Source of the DNA: an uncultured Alphaproteobacteria bacterium
GTDB taxonomy: Bacteria > Pseudomonadota > Alphaproteobacteria > Rhodobacterales > Rhodobacteraceae
Assembly (NCBI GenBank): GCA_963844505.1
Contig: CAWJOY010000030.1
Location: 11,269-75,268 of the forward strand
Length of the DNA: 64,000 bases
Direction of reading: 5' to 3'
Position numbers and translations under genes: made by a program. The notes under the pieces were generated by a model. That model was not told the origin of the DNA, searched no databases, and saw nothing but the letters and a program-made list of their open reading frames with translations. Every line of letters begins with the position of its first letter. Positions within the stretch are counted from its first letter, which is position 1. Below, one piece after another: positions 53,390-64,000 of this stretch.

Positions 53390-54229
53390 TTGGTTTCGCA
53401 GCTTACAGGCGCGATTGTTCGCATGATTCTGGTGATGATTGTTGTCATCATGCCGTCGGTGCTTTTGCCCGACGTGACGTCTGATACAAAACAAATGGTG
53501 TCGCTTGTGGCGCTGTTTTTGGGCGTGCTCACCTTTGTGGAATATAACGCCACCTATCCCAGCCTTGTAGAATTTCGCGATGCGCCTCCGTTCAATCGCA
53601 TGCGGTATCTGATGCTTTTGGCGACCGTGTTTTCGCTGTCGATGATTTCGCGCGGGAAAGTGTTGCCGACGACCTTGACCCAGTTCATCGAAGCGATCGG
53701 CACTTTGATCGGTTTGGCGATGGATTTCCCCTATAGCCCCGTGCGGCTTGCGACGTTGATGCTGCCAAGCGACGCCACCGTCGAGCAAGTGCAAAACCTG
53801 CGCACAGCGGCAGGGATGGCTTATCTTATCTCGTTGATTTCGCTTTCTGTTTTTGTGGTTCTGATGAAAGCGGGACGCTGGCCACGCCGCGACCAAGCCT
53901 TTAACGTCTGGATCAACCTGCCGACCTTTGACCCCACGGCTGGCGCAGATGTAGTGATGCGGTTGACAAGAGACGCGCGCATTAACATTGCATTAGGGTT
54001 TTTGCTGCCATTCTTGACACCTGCGGTGGTCAAGATCGCGTCGACGGGATTCGCACCGCTGACGCTGGCTTCGCCACAAACCTTGATTTGGATTGTGACA
54101 GCATGGGCGTTTCTTCCTGCAAGCCTGTTCATGCGCGGTATCGCGATGGGCCGGATTGCCGATATGATCAGCGAAACCCGCGCCGCCAATCAGTTGGCCG
54201 AGGATGGCAAGCGCTTTGCGCATGCCTGA
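53390..54229 (+). CDS. Conserved multi-pass membrane protein; start uncertain
   Basis: About 6-7 TM segments; EY...YPSLVEFRDAPPFNR, FNVWINLPTFDPT, FLPASLFMRG. Confidence 0.75.
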   Translation: MVSQLTGAIVRMILVMIVVIMPSVLLPDVTSDTKQMVSLVALFLGVLTFVEYNATYPSLVEFRDAPPFNRMRYLMLLATVFSLSMISRGKVLPTTLTQFIEAIGTLIGLAMDFPYSPVRLATLMLPSDATVEQVQNLRTAAGMAYLISLISLSVFVVLMKAGRWPRRDQAFNVWINLPTFDPTAGADVVMRLTRDARINIALGFLLPFLTPAVVKIASTGFAPLTLASPQTLIWIVTAWAFLPASLFMRGIAMGRIADMISETRAANQLAEDGKRFAHA

Positions 54230-55245
54230 TTTGGGTCTTTGCTTGGCCCTGTTGGGCCGAGCCGCTTCGAATTGCCACGTATAACGCCAAGATCTCGCGG
54301 GCTGGGCCTGGGCTGGTGCTGCAAGCTATTATCAAGGGCGAAGATAAGCCGCTGATCGCCGCTGCCGAGGTGGTCGCAGCGCTTGATGCCGATGTGCTGC
54401 TGCTGACGGGTATCGATTATGACCTGCGCGGACAGACGCTTGCGGCCTTTGCGGCCAGTATCCCCGCCGCGCCCTATCCTTATATGATCGCGCTGCGGCC
54501 CAATACGGGGGTGGCGACGGGGCTTGATCTGGACGGGAATGGCCGCTTTGGCGAACCGCAAGATGCAATGGCCTATGGGCTGTTCGCGGGGCAGTCTGGG
54601 ATGGCGATTCTTTCACGTTTTCCGATAGATACCGAACATATTCGCGACTTTAGCGGGTTTCTTTGGCGCGACCTTCCGAACGCGTTGATGCCGCCAGAAA
54701 CGCCCGAGACGCAGGCCCTTTCAACCGCGGGACATTACGAGGTGCCGATTCTGCTGCCTGACGGGCAGAGCCTGCGTCTTTTGGCATTTTACGCCACGCC
54801 GCCCGTCTTTGATGGCCCAGAGGATCGAAACGGCAGGCGCAACCACGATGAGACCGCCTTTTGGCTCAGGCTAATGGCGGGAGATTTGCCTTTCGATCCA
54901 CCGCAAAAGCCGTTTGTGATTTTGGGTCAGAGCAACCTCGACCCGATAGATGGCGAGGGCAGGCCAGAGGCAATTCGTGCGCTGTTGGCCTCAGCGGAGC
55001 TTCAGGACAGTCAGCCGAGGGGAATAGCCTCAACCTCCAGCCCGCGCCAAAAAGGCGACCCGACCTTGGACACTGCCAGCTATGACAAGATTGGCGGGTT
55101 GCGGGTAGAGGTGATTCTACCGTCCAAAGACCTGACGATTGTGGCGTCTGGGGTGCTGCGTCCCGCTGGAACGGATGCACTGGTGCCCAAACTGGCGACC
55201 GCCTCACGGCATTGGCCAGTTTGGGTTGACCTTGTCCCGCCCTAG
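54088..55245 (+). CDS. Endonuclease/exonuclease/phosphatase (EEP) family protein; true start probably near 54190-54230
   Basis: LRIATYN, DADVLLL..IDYD, LSRFPI, PPVFDGPEDRNGRRNHDE, ASRH.PVWVD. Confidence 0.82.
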   Translation: MDCDSMGVSSCKPVHARYRDGPDCRYDQRNPRRQSVGRGWQALCACLIWVFAWPCWAEPLRIATYNAKISRAGPGLVLQAIIKGEDKPLIAAAEVVAALDADVLLLTGIDYDLRGQTLAAFAASIPAAPYPYMIALRPNTGVATGLDLDGNGRFGEPQDAMAYGLFAGQSGMAILSRFPIDTEHIRDFSGFLWRDLPNALMPPETPETQALSTAGHYEVPILLPDGQSLRLLAFYATPPVFDGPEDRNGRRNHDETAFWLRLMAGDLPFDPPQKPFVILGQSNLDPIDGEGRPEAIRALLASAELQDSQPRGIASTSSPRQKGDPTLDTASYDKIGGLRVEVILPSKDLTIVASGVLRPAGTDALVPKLATASRHWPVWVDLVPP

Positions 55246-56516
55246 CCGTTCTCGCGTAGGACGCCGCCCGCAAGATAGAGAGATCCGCAGATAAGGACCC
55301 GCGCATTCGGGTTCACGGCGACAATCGCAGCCAGAGCCTCAGCGACCGAATTCGCAGCTACGGCATCCATCCCAACGAATGCGGCAGCTTCGCGCGTGGT
55401 TTCAGCGGGAAGCGTGTTTTTCTCATCAGGGATAGACACCGCGTGCAGCCGTGTCACATGCGGCGCCAACGGCTGCATATACCCACGAACGTCCTTGGTG
55501 TTCAGCATCCCGCAGATCAAATGCGTTTCACGGGCAGGCATACGCGCCAAAGTCTCTGCGACGGCGGCACCGCCCGCAGGATTATGACCACCATCGAGCC
55601 ACAGCTCGACCGACGGAGCGGCCTCGATCAGCGGCCCAAACCGCAATCGCTGCATCCGTGCAGGCCAAAACGCGCGGGTCACCGCAGCTTCACACGCGGC
55701 GGCGTCTTTACCCAAAGCGCGCAACGCCGCAATCGCAGCCCCCGCGTTAAAGATCTGGAACGGGCCAGGCAAGTTGGGCAGGGGCAAATCCAGCAACCCG
55801 TTTTCATCCTGATAGATCAGTCGGCCGCGCTCTTCTGCGACGGACCACTGCTGACCATAAGCCAAAACCGGCGCACCAAGACGCGCGGCGCGCGCTTCGA
55901 TCACCTCAAGCCCCGCAGGCTCTTGTGGACCGACGATCACGGGAACCAACCTCTTGAGAATACCCGCTTTTTCGCCAGCAATCTCTGGCAAGGTTTCACC
56001 AAGATACTGTTGATGGTCGATCGACACAGGGGTGATGACCGTCAGAATCGGGCTTTCAACGACATTGGTAGCATCCAGCCGTCCACCAAGACCAACCTCA
56101 AGCAACGTATAATCGGCCTTTTCCCGCGCAAACGCGAGGAAGGCCGCACAGGTGGTGATCTCAAAGAAAGTGATCTCATCTGGACCATTCGCCTGCACGC
56201 ATTCGTCCAGCAAATCGGTCAGCGCCTGCTCGGAAATCAGCTCGCCCGCGAGCCGGATCCGCTCGTGAAAGCGTGCCAAATGCGGCGAGGTATAGGCATG
56301 GACAAGCGAGCCGCCAGCCTCAAGCCCAGCGCGGATCATCGCCTGCGTGCTGCCCTTGCCATTTGTGCCTGCGATGTGGATCACCGGCGGCAAGGACTTC
56401 TCAGGATGACCCAAAGCCGCCAAAAGGCGCTCGACCCGCTCCATCGTCAGATCAATGATCTTCGGATGCAGGGTCATCATCCGCTCAAGAACGGCATCCG
56501 ACCCGTGCGTTGTCAT
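55242..56516 (-). CDS. folC: Folylpolyglutamate/dihydrofolate synthase
   Basis: [40 protein letters not shown]. Confidence 0.97.
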   Translation of the reverse strand: MTTHGSDAVLERMMTLHPKIIDLTMERVERLLAALGHPEKSLPPVIHIAGTNGKGSTQAMIRAGLEAGGSLVHAYTSPHLARFHERIRLAGELISEQALTDLLDECVQANGPDEITFFEITTCAAFLAFAREKADYTLLEVGLGGRLDATNVVESPILTVITPVSIDHQQYLGETLPEIAGEKAGILKRLVPVIVGPQEPAGLEVIEARAARLGAPVLAYGQQWSVAEERGRLIYQDENGLLDLPLPNLPGPFQIFNAGAAIAALRALGKDAAACEAAVTRAFWPARMQRLRFGPLIEAAPSVELWLDGGHNPAGGAAVAETLARMPARETHLICGMLNTKDVRGYMQPLAPHVTRLHAVSIPDEKNTLPAETTREAAAFVGMDAVAANSVAEALAAIVAVNPNARVLICGSLYLAGGVLRENG

Positions 56517-57064
56517 GCAGGCTCTCCGGCTGGCTCGCCCGAGGTCAACTCACCCGGAGGCGGCAACTCGCCCGCAACGGCAGGCGGCATCCCTGTCAGC
56601 ATACGCAGAATGGTGATCAGCTCATCCCGCAGCGCTTTGCGATGGGTGACGCGGTCCAACATGCCGTGATCCAGCAGATATTCTGCGCGCTGGAAGCCTT
56701 CGGGCAGCTTTTCGCGGATGGTTTGCTCGATCACACGCGCGCCAGCAAAGCCGATCAGCGCATTCGGTTCGGCAATCTGCACGTCGCCCAGCATCGCATA
56801 AGACGCGGTCACGCCGCCCGTTGTCGGATGCGTCAGCACCACGATATAGGGCAGGCCCGCTTCTTTCAGCATCTGCACAGCCACCGTCGTGCGCGGCATT
56901 TGCATCAGGCCAAGGATGCCTTCTTGCATCCGCGCGCCGCCAGCTGCCGAAAACAGCACGAACGGACGCTTCAGCTCAATCGCTCGCTGCGCACCCGCAA
57001 TGATCGCGTTGCCGACATACATCGACATCGAACCGCCCATAAAGGCGAAGTCTTGCGCCGCAGC
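56513..57064 (-). CDS. accD: Acetyl-CoA carboxylase carboxyltransferase beta, 3' part only; 5' end lost at the fold-back hinge
   Basis: [43 protein letters not shown]; N-terminal zinc finger absent. Confidence 0.93.
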   Translation of the reverse strand, partial: AAAQDFAFMGGSMSMYVGNAIIAGAQRAIELKRPFVLFSAAGGARMQEGILGLMQMPRTTVAVQMLKEAGLPYIVVLTHPTTGGVTASYAMLGDVQIAEPNALIGFAGARVIEQTIREKLPEGFQRAEYLLDHGMLDRVTHRKALRDELITILRMLTGMPPAVAGELPPPGELTSGEPAGEPA

Positions 57065-60000
57065 GAGCGATTGAGCTGAAGCGTCCGTTCGTGCTGTTTT
57101 CGGCAGCTGGCGGCGCGCGGATGCAAGAAGGCATCCTCGGCCTGATGCAAATGCCGCGCACGACGGTGGCTGTGCAGATGCTGAAAGAAGCGGGCCTGCC
57201 CTATATCGTGGTGCTGACGCATCCGACAACGGGCGGCGTGACCGCGTCTTATGCGATGCTGGGCGACGTGCAGTTCCCGAGACCGAATGCGCTGATCGGC
57301 TTTGCTGGCGCGCGTGTGATCGAGCAAACCATCCGCGAAAAGCTGCCGAACCGCTTCCAGCGCGCAGAATATCTGCTGGATCACGGGCGTGTTGGACCGC
57401 GTCACCCATCGCAAAGCACTCGGGATGAGCTGATCACCATTCTGCGTATGCTCACGGGAGGTTTCGGCCCTCCGTTGCGGGCGAGTACCACCTGCGGTAA
57501 GTTGACCTCGGCGATGAAAACTATCATGACAACGCACGGGTCAGATAGAGCGGATGATGACCCTGCATCCGAAGATCATTGATCTGACGATGGAGCGGGT
57601 CCGTTTTGGTTTGGGTCATCCTGAGAAGTCCTTGCCGCCGTAATGCACATCGCACACAAAATGGCAAGGGCGGCGCGCGCGGCCCCTCGCGCTGGGCTTA
57701 AAGTGCGCGCTCGCTTCTCCATGCCTATACCTCGCCGCATTTGGCACGCTTTCACGAGCGGATCCGGCTCCGCGGCCTGATTTCCGAGCAGGTGCTGACC
57801 GATTTGCTGGACGAATGCGTGCAGGCGAATGGTCCAGATGAGATCACTTTCTTTAAATCGCCGTCTGCGGCCTTCCTCGCGTTTGCGCGGGGAAAAGAGC
57901 CAATTATACGTTGCTTGAGGTTGGTCTTGGTAGACAGCTATTGATGCTCCCAATCTCATTGAAAGCCCAACTCTAGACGGTCATCACCCCTGTGTCGATC
58001 GACCATCAACAGTATCTTGGTGAAACCTTTGCCAGAGATTGCTGGCGAAAAAGCGGGTATTCTCAAGAGGTTGGTTCCCGTGATCGTCGGTCCACAAGAG
58101 CCTGCGGGGCTTGAGGTGATCGAAGCGCGCGCCTCGTGCGCCGGTTTTGGCTTATCGTCAGCAGTGGTCCGTCGCAGAAGAGCGCGGCCGACTGATCTAT
58201 CAGGATGAAAACGGGTTGCTGGATTTGCCCCTGCCCAACTTTGCCTGGCCTCCAGATAACACCGGGGGCTGCGATTCGGTGTTGCGCGCTTTGGGTAAAG
58301 ACGCCGCCGCGTGTGAAGCTGCGGTGACCCCGCGCGTTTTGGCCTGCACGGATGCAGCGATTGCGGTTTGGGCCGCTGATCAAAGGTTCACTCCAGTCGG
58401 TCGAGCTGTGGCTCGATGGTGGTCATAATCCTGCGGCAGGTGCCGCCGTCGCGGAGACTTCGGCATATGCCGCCGTGAAACGCATTTGGATCTCCGGATG
58501 CTGAACACCAAGGACGTTCGTGGGTATATGCAGCCGTTGGCGCCGCATGTGACACGGCTGCACGCGGTGTCTATCCCTGATGAGAAAAACACGCTTCCCG
58601 CTGAAACCACGCGCGAAGCCATTCGTTGGGATGGATGCCGTAGCTGCAAATTCGGTCGCTGAGGCTCTGACTGCGATTGTCGCCGTGAACCCGAATGCGC
58701 GGGTCCTTATCTGCGGATCTCTCTATCTTGCGGGCGGCGTCCTACGCGAGAACGGCTAGGGCGGGACAAGGTCAACCCAAACTGGCCAATGCCGTGAGGC
58801 AGTCGCCGGTTTGGGCGCCAGTGCATCCGTTCCAGCGGGATGCAGCACCCCAGACGCCACAATCGTCAGGTCTTTGGACGGTAAAATCACCTCTACCCGC
58901 AACCCGCCAATCTTGTCATAGCTGGCAGTGTCCAAGGTCGGGTCGCCTTTTTGGCGCGGGCTGGAGGTTGAGGCTATTCCCCTCGGCTGACTGAAGCTCC
59001 GCTGAGGCCAACAGCGCACGAAGTACCTATCGCCTGCCCTCGCCATCTATCGGGTCGAGGTTGCTCTGACCCAAAATCACAAACGGCCTTTGCGGTGGAT
59101 CGAAAGGCAAATCTCCCGCCATTAGGGCCTAGACCAAAAGGCGGTCTCATGAGGTGTCGGCCCTCCGTTTCGATCCTCTGGGCCATCAAAGACGGGCGGC
59201 GTGGGCGTAAAACGCCAAAAGACGCAGGCTCCGTCAGGCGGCAAAATCGGCGGAGCCTCCCGTAATGTCCCGCGGTTGAAAGGGCCCCGTCTCGGCGCTT
59301 CTCGCAGCATCGACGCATTCGGAAGGTCGCGCCAAAATCCGGTAAAGTCGCGAATATGTTGGTATCTATCGGAAAACGTGAAAAAATCGCCATCCCAGAC
59401 TGCCCCGCGAACAGCCCATAGGCCATTGCATCTTGCGGTTCGCCAAAGCGGCCATTTCCATCCAGATCAAGCCCCGTCGCCACCCCGTATTGGGTCGCAG
59501 CGCGGGGCGCGGCGGGGATACTGGCCGCAAAGGCCGCAAGCGTCTGTCCCGCGGAGACCCATCAGCGGCGCGCATCCGCATCAAGCGCTGCGACCACCTC
59601 GGCAGCGGCGATCAGCGGCTTATCTTCGCCCTTGATAATAGCTTGCAGCACCACCCAGCCACCCGCGAGATTGGCGTTATACGTGGCAATTCGAAGCAAC
59701 TCGGCCCAACAGGGCCAAGCAAAGACCCAAATCAGGCATGCGCAAAGCACTTTGCCGTGCCTCGGCCAACTGATTGGCGGCGCGGCCCTCGGCAATCCGG
59801 CCCATCGCGATACCGCGCATGAACAGGCTTGCAGAAACGCCCATGCTGTCACAATCCAAATCAAGGTTTGTGGCGAAGCCAGCGTCAGCGGTGCGAATCC
59901 CGTGCCGACACCGCAGGTGTCAAGAATGGCAGCAAAAATTCTAATGCAATGTTAATGCGCGCGTCTCTCTACGAACCGCATCACTACATCTGCGCCACAT

Positions 60001-61302
60001 GGGGTCAAAGGTCGGCAGGTTGATCCAGACGTTAAAGGCTTGGTCGCGGCGTGGCCAGCGTCCCGCTTCATCAGAACCACAAAAACAGAAAGCGAAATCA
60101 ACGAGATAAGATAAGCCATACCCCTCGGCTGTGCCGCAGGTTTTGCACTTGCTCGACGGTGGCGTCGCTTGGCGGCATTCTCGACGTCGCAAGCCGCACG
60201 GGGCTATAGGGAAATCCATCGCCAAACCGATCAAAGTGCCGATCTGAATTGGGTCAAGGTCGTCGGCAACACTTTCCCGCGCGATTCATCGACAGCGAAA
60301 ACACGGTCGCCAAAAGCATCAGATACCGCATGCGATTAGAAAACGGAGGCGCATCGCGAAATTCTACAAGGCTGGGATAGGTGGCGTTATATTCCACAAA
60401 GGTGAGCACGCCCAAAAACAGCGCCACAAGCGACACCATTTGTTTTGTATCAGACGTCACGTCGGGCAAAAGCACCGACGGCATGATGACAACAATCATC
60501 ACCAAAATCATGCGAACAATCGCGCTGCTGACTGCGAAACTCCGACTGTACCCTTCAAACGGATTTGTCTGATGCATAGCCAGACAATATTCCTAACGAT
60601 GTCCCGCCGCATCTGGCGCTTGCCTCAATCTTGCCCAATTCTTGCCTTCTTTTCATCGTCGCCGGCAACAGCCCTCGATGTTGTGGTTTGGTTAGCCTTT
60701 AACACGGAGGATGCATGCGTTCCGGCTCTCAAACGCGTCAATCGCGCTGGCTTTCTCAAGCGTCAGACCGATGTCGTCAGACCGTTCAGCAGGCAGTGCT
60801 TGCGGTGCGCATCCACCTCAAACGGGAACACTCGCCCGTCCGATGTAGTGATGGTTTGTTCGACCAGATCAACGGTTTGGCGCGCTTGGCACCGCGCGAG
60901 CTTGGCATCGGCCATCATCACATCGACCACCTCTTGCGAGGCAACGATCGGCAAGATGCCGTTTTTAAAGCAGTTGTTGTAGAAAATGTCGGCAAAGCTG
61001 GTGGCAACCACGCAGCGAATGCCAAAATCCAGCAGAGCCCAAGGCGCATGTTCGCGCGAAGAACCACAGCCAAAGTTATCGCCAGCAACGATGATCTCGG
61101 CTTTGCGATAGGCGGGCTGGTTAAGCACGAAGTCCGCAATTTCCGAGCCGTCGAGATTATAGCGCATCTCGTCGAACAGGTTCACGCCCAGCCCCGACCG
61201 CTTGATGGTCTTGAGGAACTGCTTTGGAATGATCATGTCAGTGTCGATATTGACCAAAGGCATAGGCGCCGCGATGCCGGTCAGTTTGGTGAATTTTTCC
61301 AT
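57059..61302. other. Error-rich mirror copies of accD (57059-~57530, +), folC (57526-58759, +), EEP (~58756-59760, -), membrane protein (~59731-60540, -) and leuD (~60698-61302, -)
   Basis: Recognisable fragments with many indels relative to the left arm. Confidence 0.9.
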
Positions 61303-61314
61303 CTTTCCGGTCCT

Positions 61315-62733
61315 TTACGCGGTTTCAGTCATCATGTCGCGGACATCGGTCAGGTGACCGGTGATCGCAGCCGCCGCAGCCATCGCAGGCGACAGCAGGT
61401 GCGTGCGTCCGCCACGACCCTGACGGCCTTCAAAGTTGCGGTTCGACGTCGCTGCACAGCGCTCACCCGGAGCAAGCTGGTCAGGGTTCATCGCCAAGCA
61501 CATCGAGCAACCGGCAAGCCGCCACTCAAAGCCTGCGTCGATAAAGATCTGCGCCAGACCTTCTTCTTCGGCCTGAGCGCGGACAAGACCCGAACCCGGA
61601 ACGACCATCGCGCGGATGCCGTCTTTCTTTTTCTTGCCTTTGAGGATTGCAGCAGCAGCGCGCAGATCCTCGATCCGGCCATTGGTGCACGAACCGATAA
61701 ACACGGTATCAATCGCGATTTCCGACAGCTTTTGACCAGGCTTGAGGCCCATATAGTCCAAAGCGCGCTGAACGGCCTCGACCTTGCCGCCGCTAAAGTC
61801 GGCAGGGTTTGGCACAACAGCCGTGATCGGCAGCACGTCTTCGGGCGAGGTGCCCCAAGTGACGAGCGGCGCGATATCCTCGGCTTTGAGGGTGATGACC
61901 TTATCGAAATGGGCGCCTTCGTCGGTGAAGAGCGTCTTCCAATAGGTCAGAGCCGCTTCCCAAGCGGCACCTTTGGGCGCATGCGGGCGGCCCATGCAAT
62001 AGGCGTAGGTCTTTTCGTCAGGCGCAATCAGGCCAGCGCGGGCACCGCCTTCGATTGCCATGTTGCAAACGGTCATGCGGCCTTCCATCGACAGCTCACG
62101 GATCGCTTGGCCACAGTATTCAATGACATAGCCCGTGCCGCCCGCCGTGCCGGTGGCGCCGATGACGGCCATGGTGATGTCTTTGGCGGTCACGCCTTCG
62201 CGCAGCGAGCCAGTGATCTCGACCTTGAAGTTCTTGGCCTTACGCTGAATCAACGTTTGAGTCGCTAGGACATGCTCGACTTCGGACGTGCCGATGCCAT
62301 GCGCCAGCGCGCCAAACGCGCCATGTGTCGCGGTGTGGCTGTCGCCGCAAACGACGGTCATGCCGGGCAGGGTCCAGCCTTGTTCGGGGCCGACGATGTG
62401 GACGATGCCTTGGCGAACATCCGACACGGGGTAATAGTTGATGCCGAAATCCTTGGCGTTCTTGTCCAGCGCATCGACTTGGATGCGGCTGTCTTCGGTC
62501 ATCGTCGCGGCATTGGCGCGATCAAGCGTGGTTGGCACGTTGTGATCGGGCACGGCGATGGTTTTTTCCGGTGCGCGCACGGTGCGGCCGGACATGCGCA
62601 GGCCTTCAAACGCCTGCGGGCTGGTGACTTCATGCACCAAGTGGCGGTCGATATACAGCAGGCAGGTGCCGTCTGCGGCTTGGTCAACCATATGGTCGTC
62701 CCAGATTTTATCGTAAAGCGTCCGAGCAGTCAT
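61315..62733 (-). CDS. leuC: Mirror copy of leuC in the fold-back arm (probably not a real second gene)
   Basis: Translation identical to 51097-52515. Confidence 0.85.
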   Translation of the reverse strand: MTARTLYDKIWDDHMVDQAADGTCLLYIDRHLVHEVTSPQAFEGLRMSGRTVRAPEKTIAVPDHNVPTTLDRANAATMTEDSRIQVDALDKNAKDFGINYYPVSDVRQGIVHIVGPEQGWTLPGMTVVCGDSHTATHGAFGALAHGIGTSEVEHVLATQTLIQRKAKNFKVEITGSLREGVTAKDITMAVIGATGTAGGTGYVIEYCGQAIRELSMEGRMTVCNMAIEGGARAGLIAPDEKTYAYCMGRPHAPKGAAWEAALTYWKTLFTDEGAHFDKVITLKAEDIAPLVTWGTSPEDVLPITAVVPNPADFSGGKVEAVQRALDYMGLKPGQKLSEIAIDTVFIGSCTNGRIEDLRAAAAILKGKKKKDGIRAMVVPGSGLVRAQAEEEGLAQIFIDAGFEWRLAGCSMCLAMNPDQLAPGERCAATSNRNFEGRQGRGGRTHLLSPAMAAAAAITGHLTDVRDMMTETA

Positions 62734-63350
62734 GGCTCATCCTCGAAGTTGGAATTGGGGAAATATCAAACGGGCACGCCCCCTCGGGTCATGCCAAAGC
62801 CTGCGAAACCTTAGCCGCGTGCAAGCACAGCAAGCGTTGCGCCATAAAAGCGCCAAGGCAGCCGATCGTGGTCGGTTATGTTGAGAAACCGTTTCATGGC
62901 GTCGAAATACGCGCAAAAGGGCTTTGTGGCAAGCCTGAAGCCACAAAAGCTGCGTCTGTATTGGCCGATAGCTGCTGCGAGGATGTGCAATAAGATGCAG
63001 CCGCGCGGCTTTGTCCTGCAAAGCGACGCGGCAGCTTTTGGCTCGAGGATTAAGCGAATTTCCCTTGCGCGATTTCGCGCTCGCGGCATTCAAGGTCATA
63101 AAGGCTGACCGAGCCGTTAAGGTATTCGATTTCAAGCTCTTGGCGGCTTGGGTTGTCGTGGAAATAGGCGGCGGATGAAGGCCATAGTACTGCTCCTTTG
63201 TGTCCTCCCTTCCGTCTATATGCTGCGTCGCAGCGGGATATTCCACCGCTACATTCGAAAAGCCGCCTTGCGTCTGGCGCATAGTGGCGCGGCTTTGGCA
63301 TTTGCCTTGATGCGCAAGCAGTGTCAAACTTGCCCAAAACAAGGAGCGCT

Positions 63351-64000
63351 ATGGACCCCCTGAATTCGAATGTTGTTGGCAGTGCACAAGACCTGATCAA
63401 CGAATTGGTCAGCTATGCAGAATCAATGCTGCTGCCGTCGCGGTTCTTGCAGGTTGCCTTGCTGGTTGGGTTGTTCTTGCTGGCGTGGCTGCTGGCGGCG
63501 CTGATTGCACCGCGCTTTGATGCGTGGATTCGCGATCAAGCCAGCCTAAGCAAATCCCGTTTGCGGTTTCTGGTGGTGCTGCGCAATCGGCTGCGAGGGT
63601 TGTTCTTTGTCGCCATGGCGTGGGTCTCGGTCGCGGGGATATACCTGTATACTCCGTTCCCTTCGCGCCGTTATATTGTGGTGCTTTGGGCGACGATCGC
63701 CACGGCTTGGGTCATCATTGGTCTGGTGACGCGGCTGATAAGCAACCCTTTGATGCGGCGGTTCGTGACTTGGCTTGGCTGGATTTATGTCACGCTGCTG
63801 TATCTAGGCTTTTTGCAATCGGCCAGCACGTTCCTCGACTCGCTTAGTCTCAGCTTTGGCGACTTTCGCATCTCGGCCTTGGGGGTGTTCAAAGCGGTGG
63901 TGGTCACCGGAGCGCTGTTTGCGGGGGCACGGCTGATCACACAGGGTGCGGCGCGCAAGATCGCCCGCAACCGCGATATTGCCCCATCCTTTGGTGTGCT
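63351..64000 (+). CDS. Mirror copy of the mscS 5' part, running off the window
   Basis: MDPLNSNVVG... reverse complement of 49831-50480. Confidence 0.85.
   Translation, partial: MDPLNSNVVGSAQDLINELVSYAESMLLPSRFLQVALLVGLFLLAWLLAALIAPRFDAWIRDQASLSKSRLRFLVVLRNRLRGLFFVAMAWVSVAGIYLYTPFPSRRYIVVLWATIATAWVIIGLVTRLISNPLMRRFVTWLGWIYVTLLYLGFLQSASTFLDSLSLSFGDFRISALGVFKAVVVTGALFAGARLITQGAARKIARNRDIAPSFGV

Larger units (their letters stand above)
49831..64000. repeat. About 7-kb inverted repeat (fold-back): left arm 49831-56991, spacer 56992-57058, right arm 57059-64000 running off the window
   Basis: Right arm is the reverse complement of the left; the LeuC translations are identical; right arm is 219 bp shorter. 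Confidence 0.98.

Noticed and set aside
56900-57150. Hairpin telomere of a linear replicon
   Set aside because: The hinge cuts accD, has a 67-nt asymmetric coding spacer rather than a protelomerase-type palindrome, and no telomere resolvase gene is visible.
60698-62733. Real leuCD duplication or pseudogene island
   Set aside because: Part of a continuous mirror image that includes intergenic DNA, with read-like indel errors and no mobile-element ends.
57059-64000. MDA/whole-genome-amplification inversion chimera
   Set aside because: Both arms show GANTC-specific errors, which implies native methylated DNA; disfavoured but not strictly excluded.
1-64000. CRISPR arrays, tRNA/rRNA, IS elements, defence systems
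   Set aside because: None recognised by eye; the NYN protein sits in its usual core folK-rpoZ context. A covariance-model scan was not possible.

Overview
Core chromosome of an Alphaproteobacterium; gene content and order point to Rhodobacteraceae/Paracoccaceae. Positions 1-57064 carry housekeeping blocks: pduO-etfBA, hbd, the PTS(Ntr)/rapZ/hprK/chvG/chvI-pckA cluster, mcd, rpoZ-spoT-pdxJ-acpS-lepB-rnc-era-recO, folK/NYN/ispH/rnhA, a small glycosyltransferase insert, def-def-fmt, smc, cidA/lrgB, rsfS-rlmH-gpmI-envC-ctpA-rppH, mscS, leuCD, folC and a truncated accD. From 57059 to the end, the window is a degraded reverse-complement copy of 49831-56991, a fold-back hinged inside accD. This is most likely one long-read molecule read through both strands, not a real duplication. 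All four gene-breaking lesions in the unique part, one missense change and five arm-to-arm differences fall at GANTC sites, and the substitutions all read GAATC>AAATC on the + strand. That suggests base-calling errors at CcrM-methylated sites. The best biological leads are two small ORFs missed by the ORF track, both upstream of leuC: a 44-aa DUF3563-like protein and a 28-aa, apparently leaderless uORF with an alternative-pairing hairpin (candidate non-classical leuCD attenuator). Other leads are a catalytically dead deformylase paralogue and tandem LacI/CceR-like operators at pckA. No tRNA/rRNA, CRISPR, transposase, integrase or phage gene was recognised.
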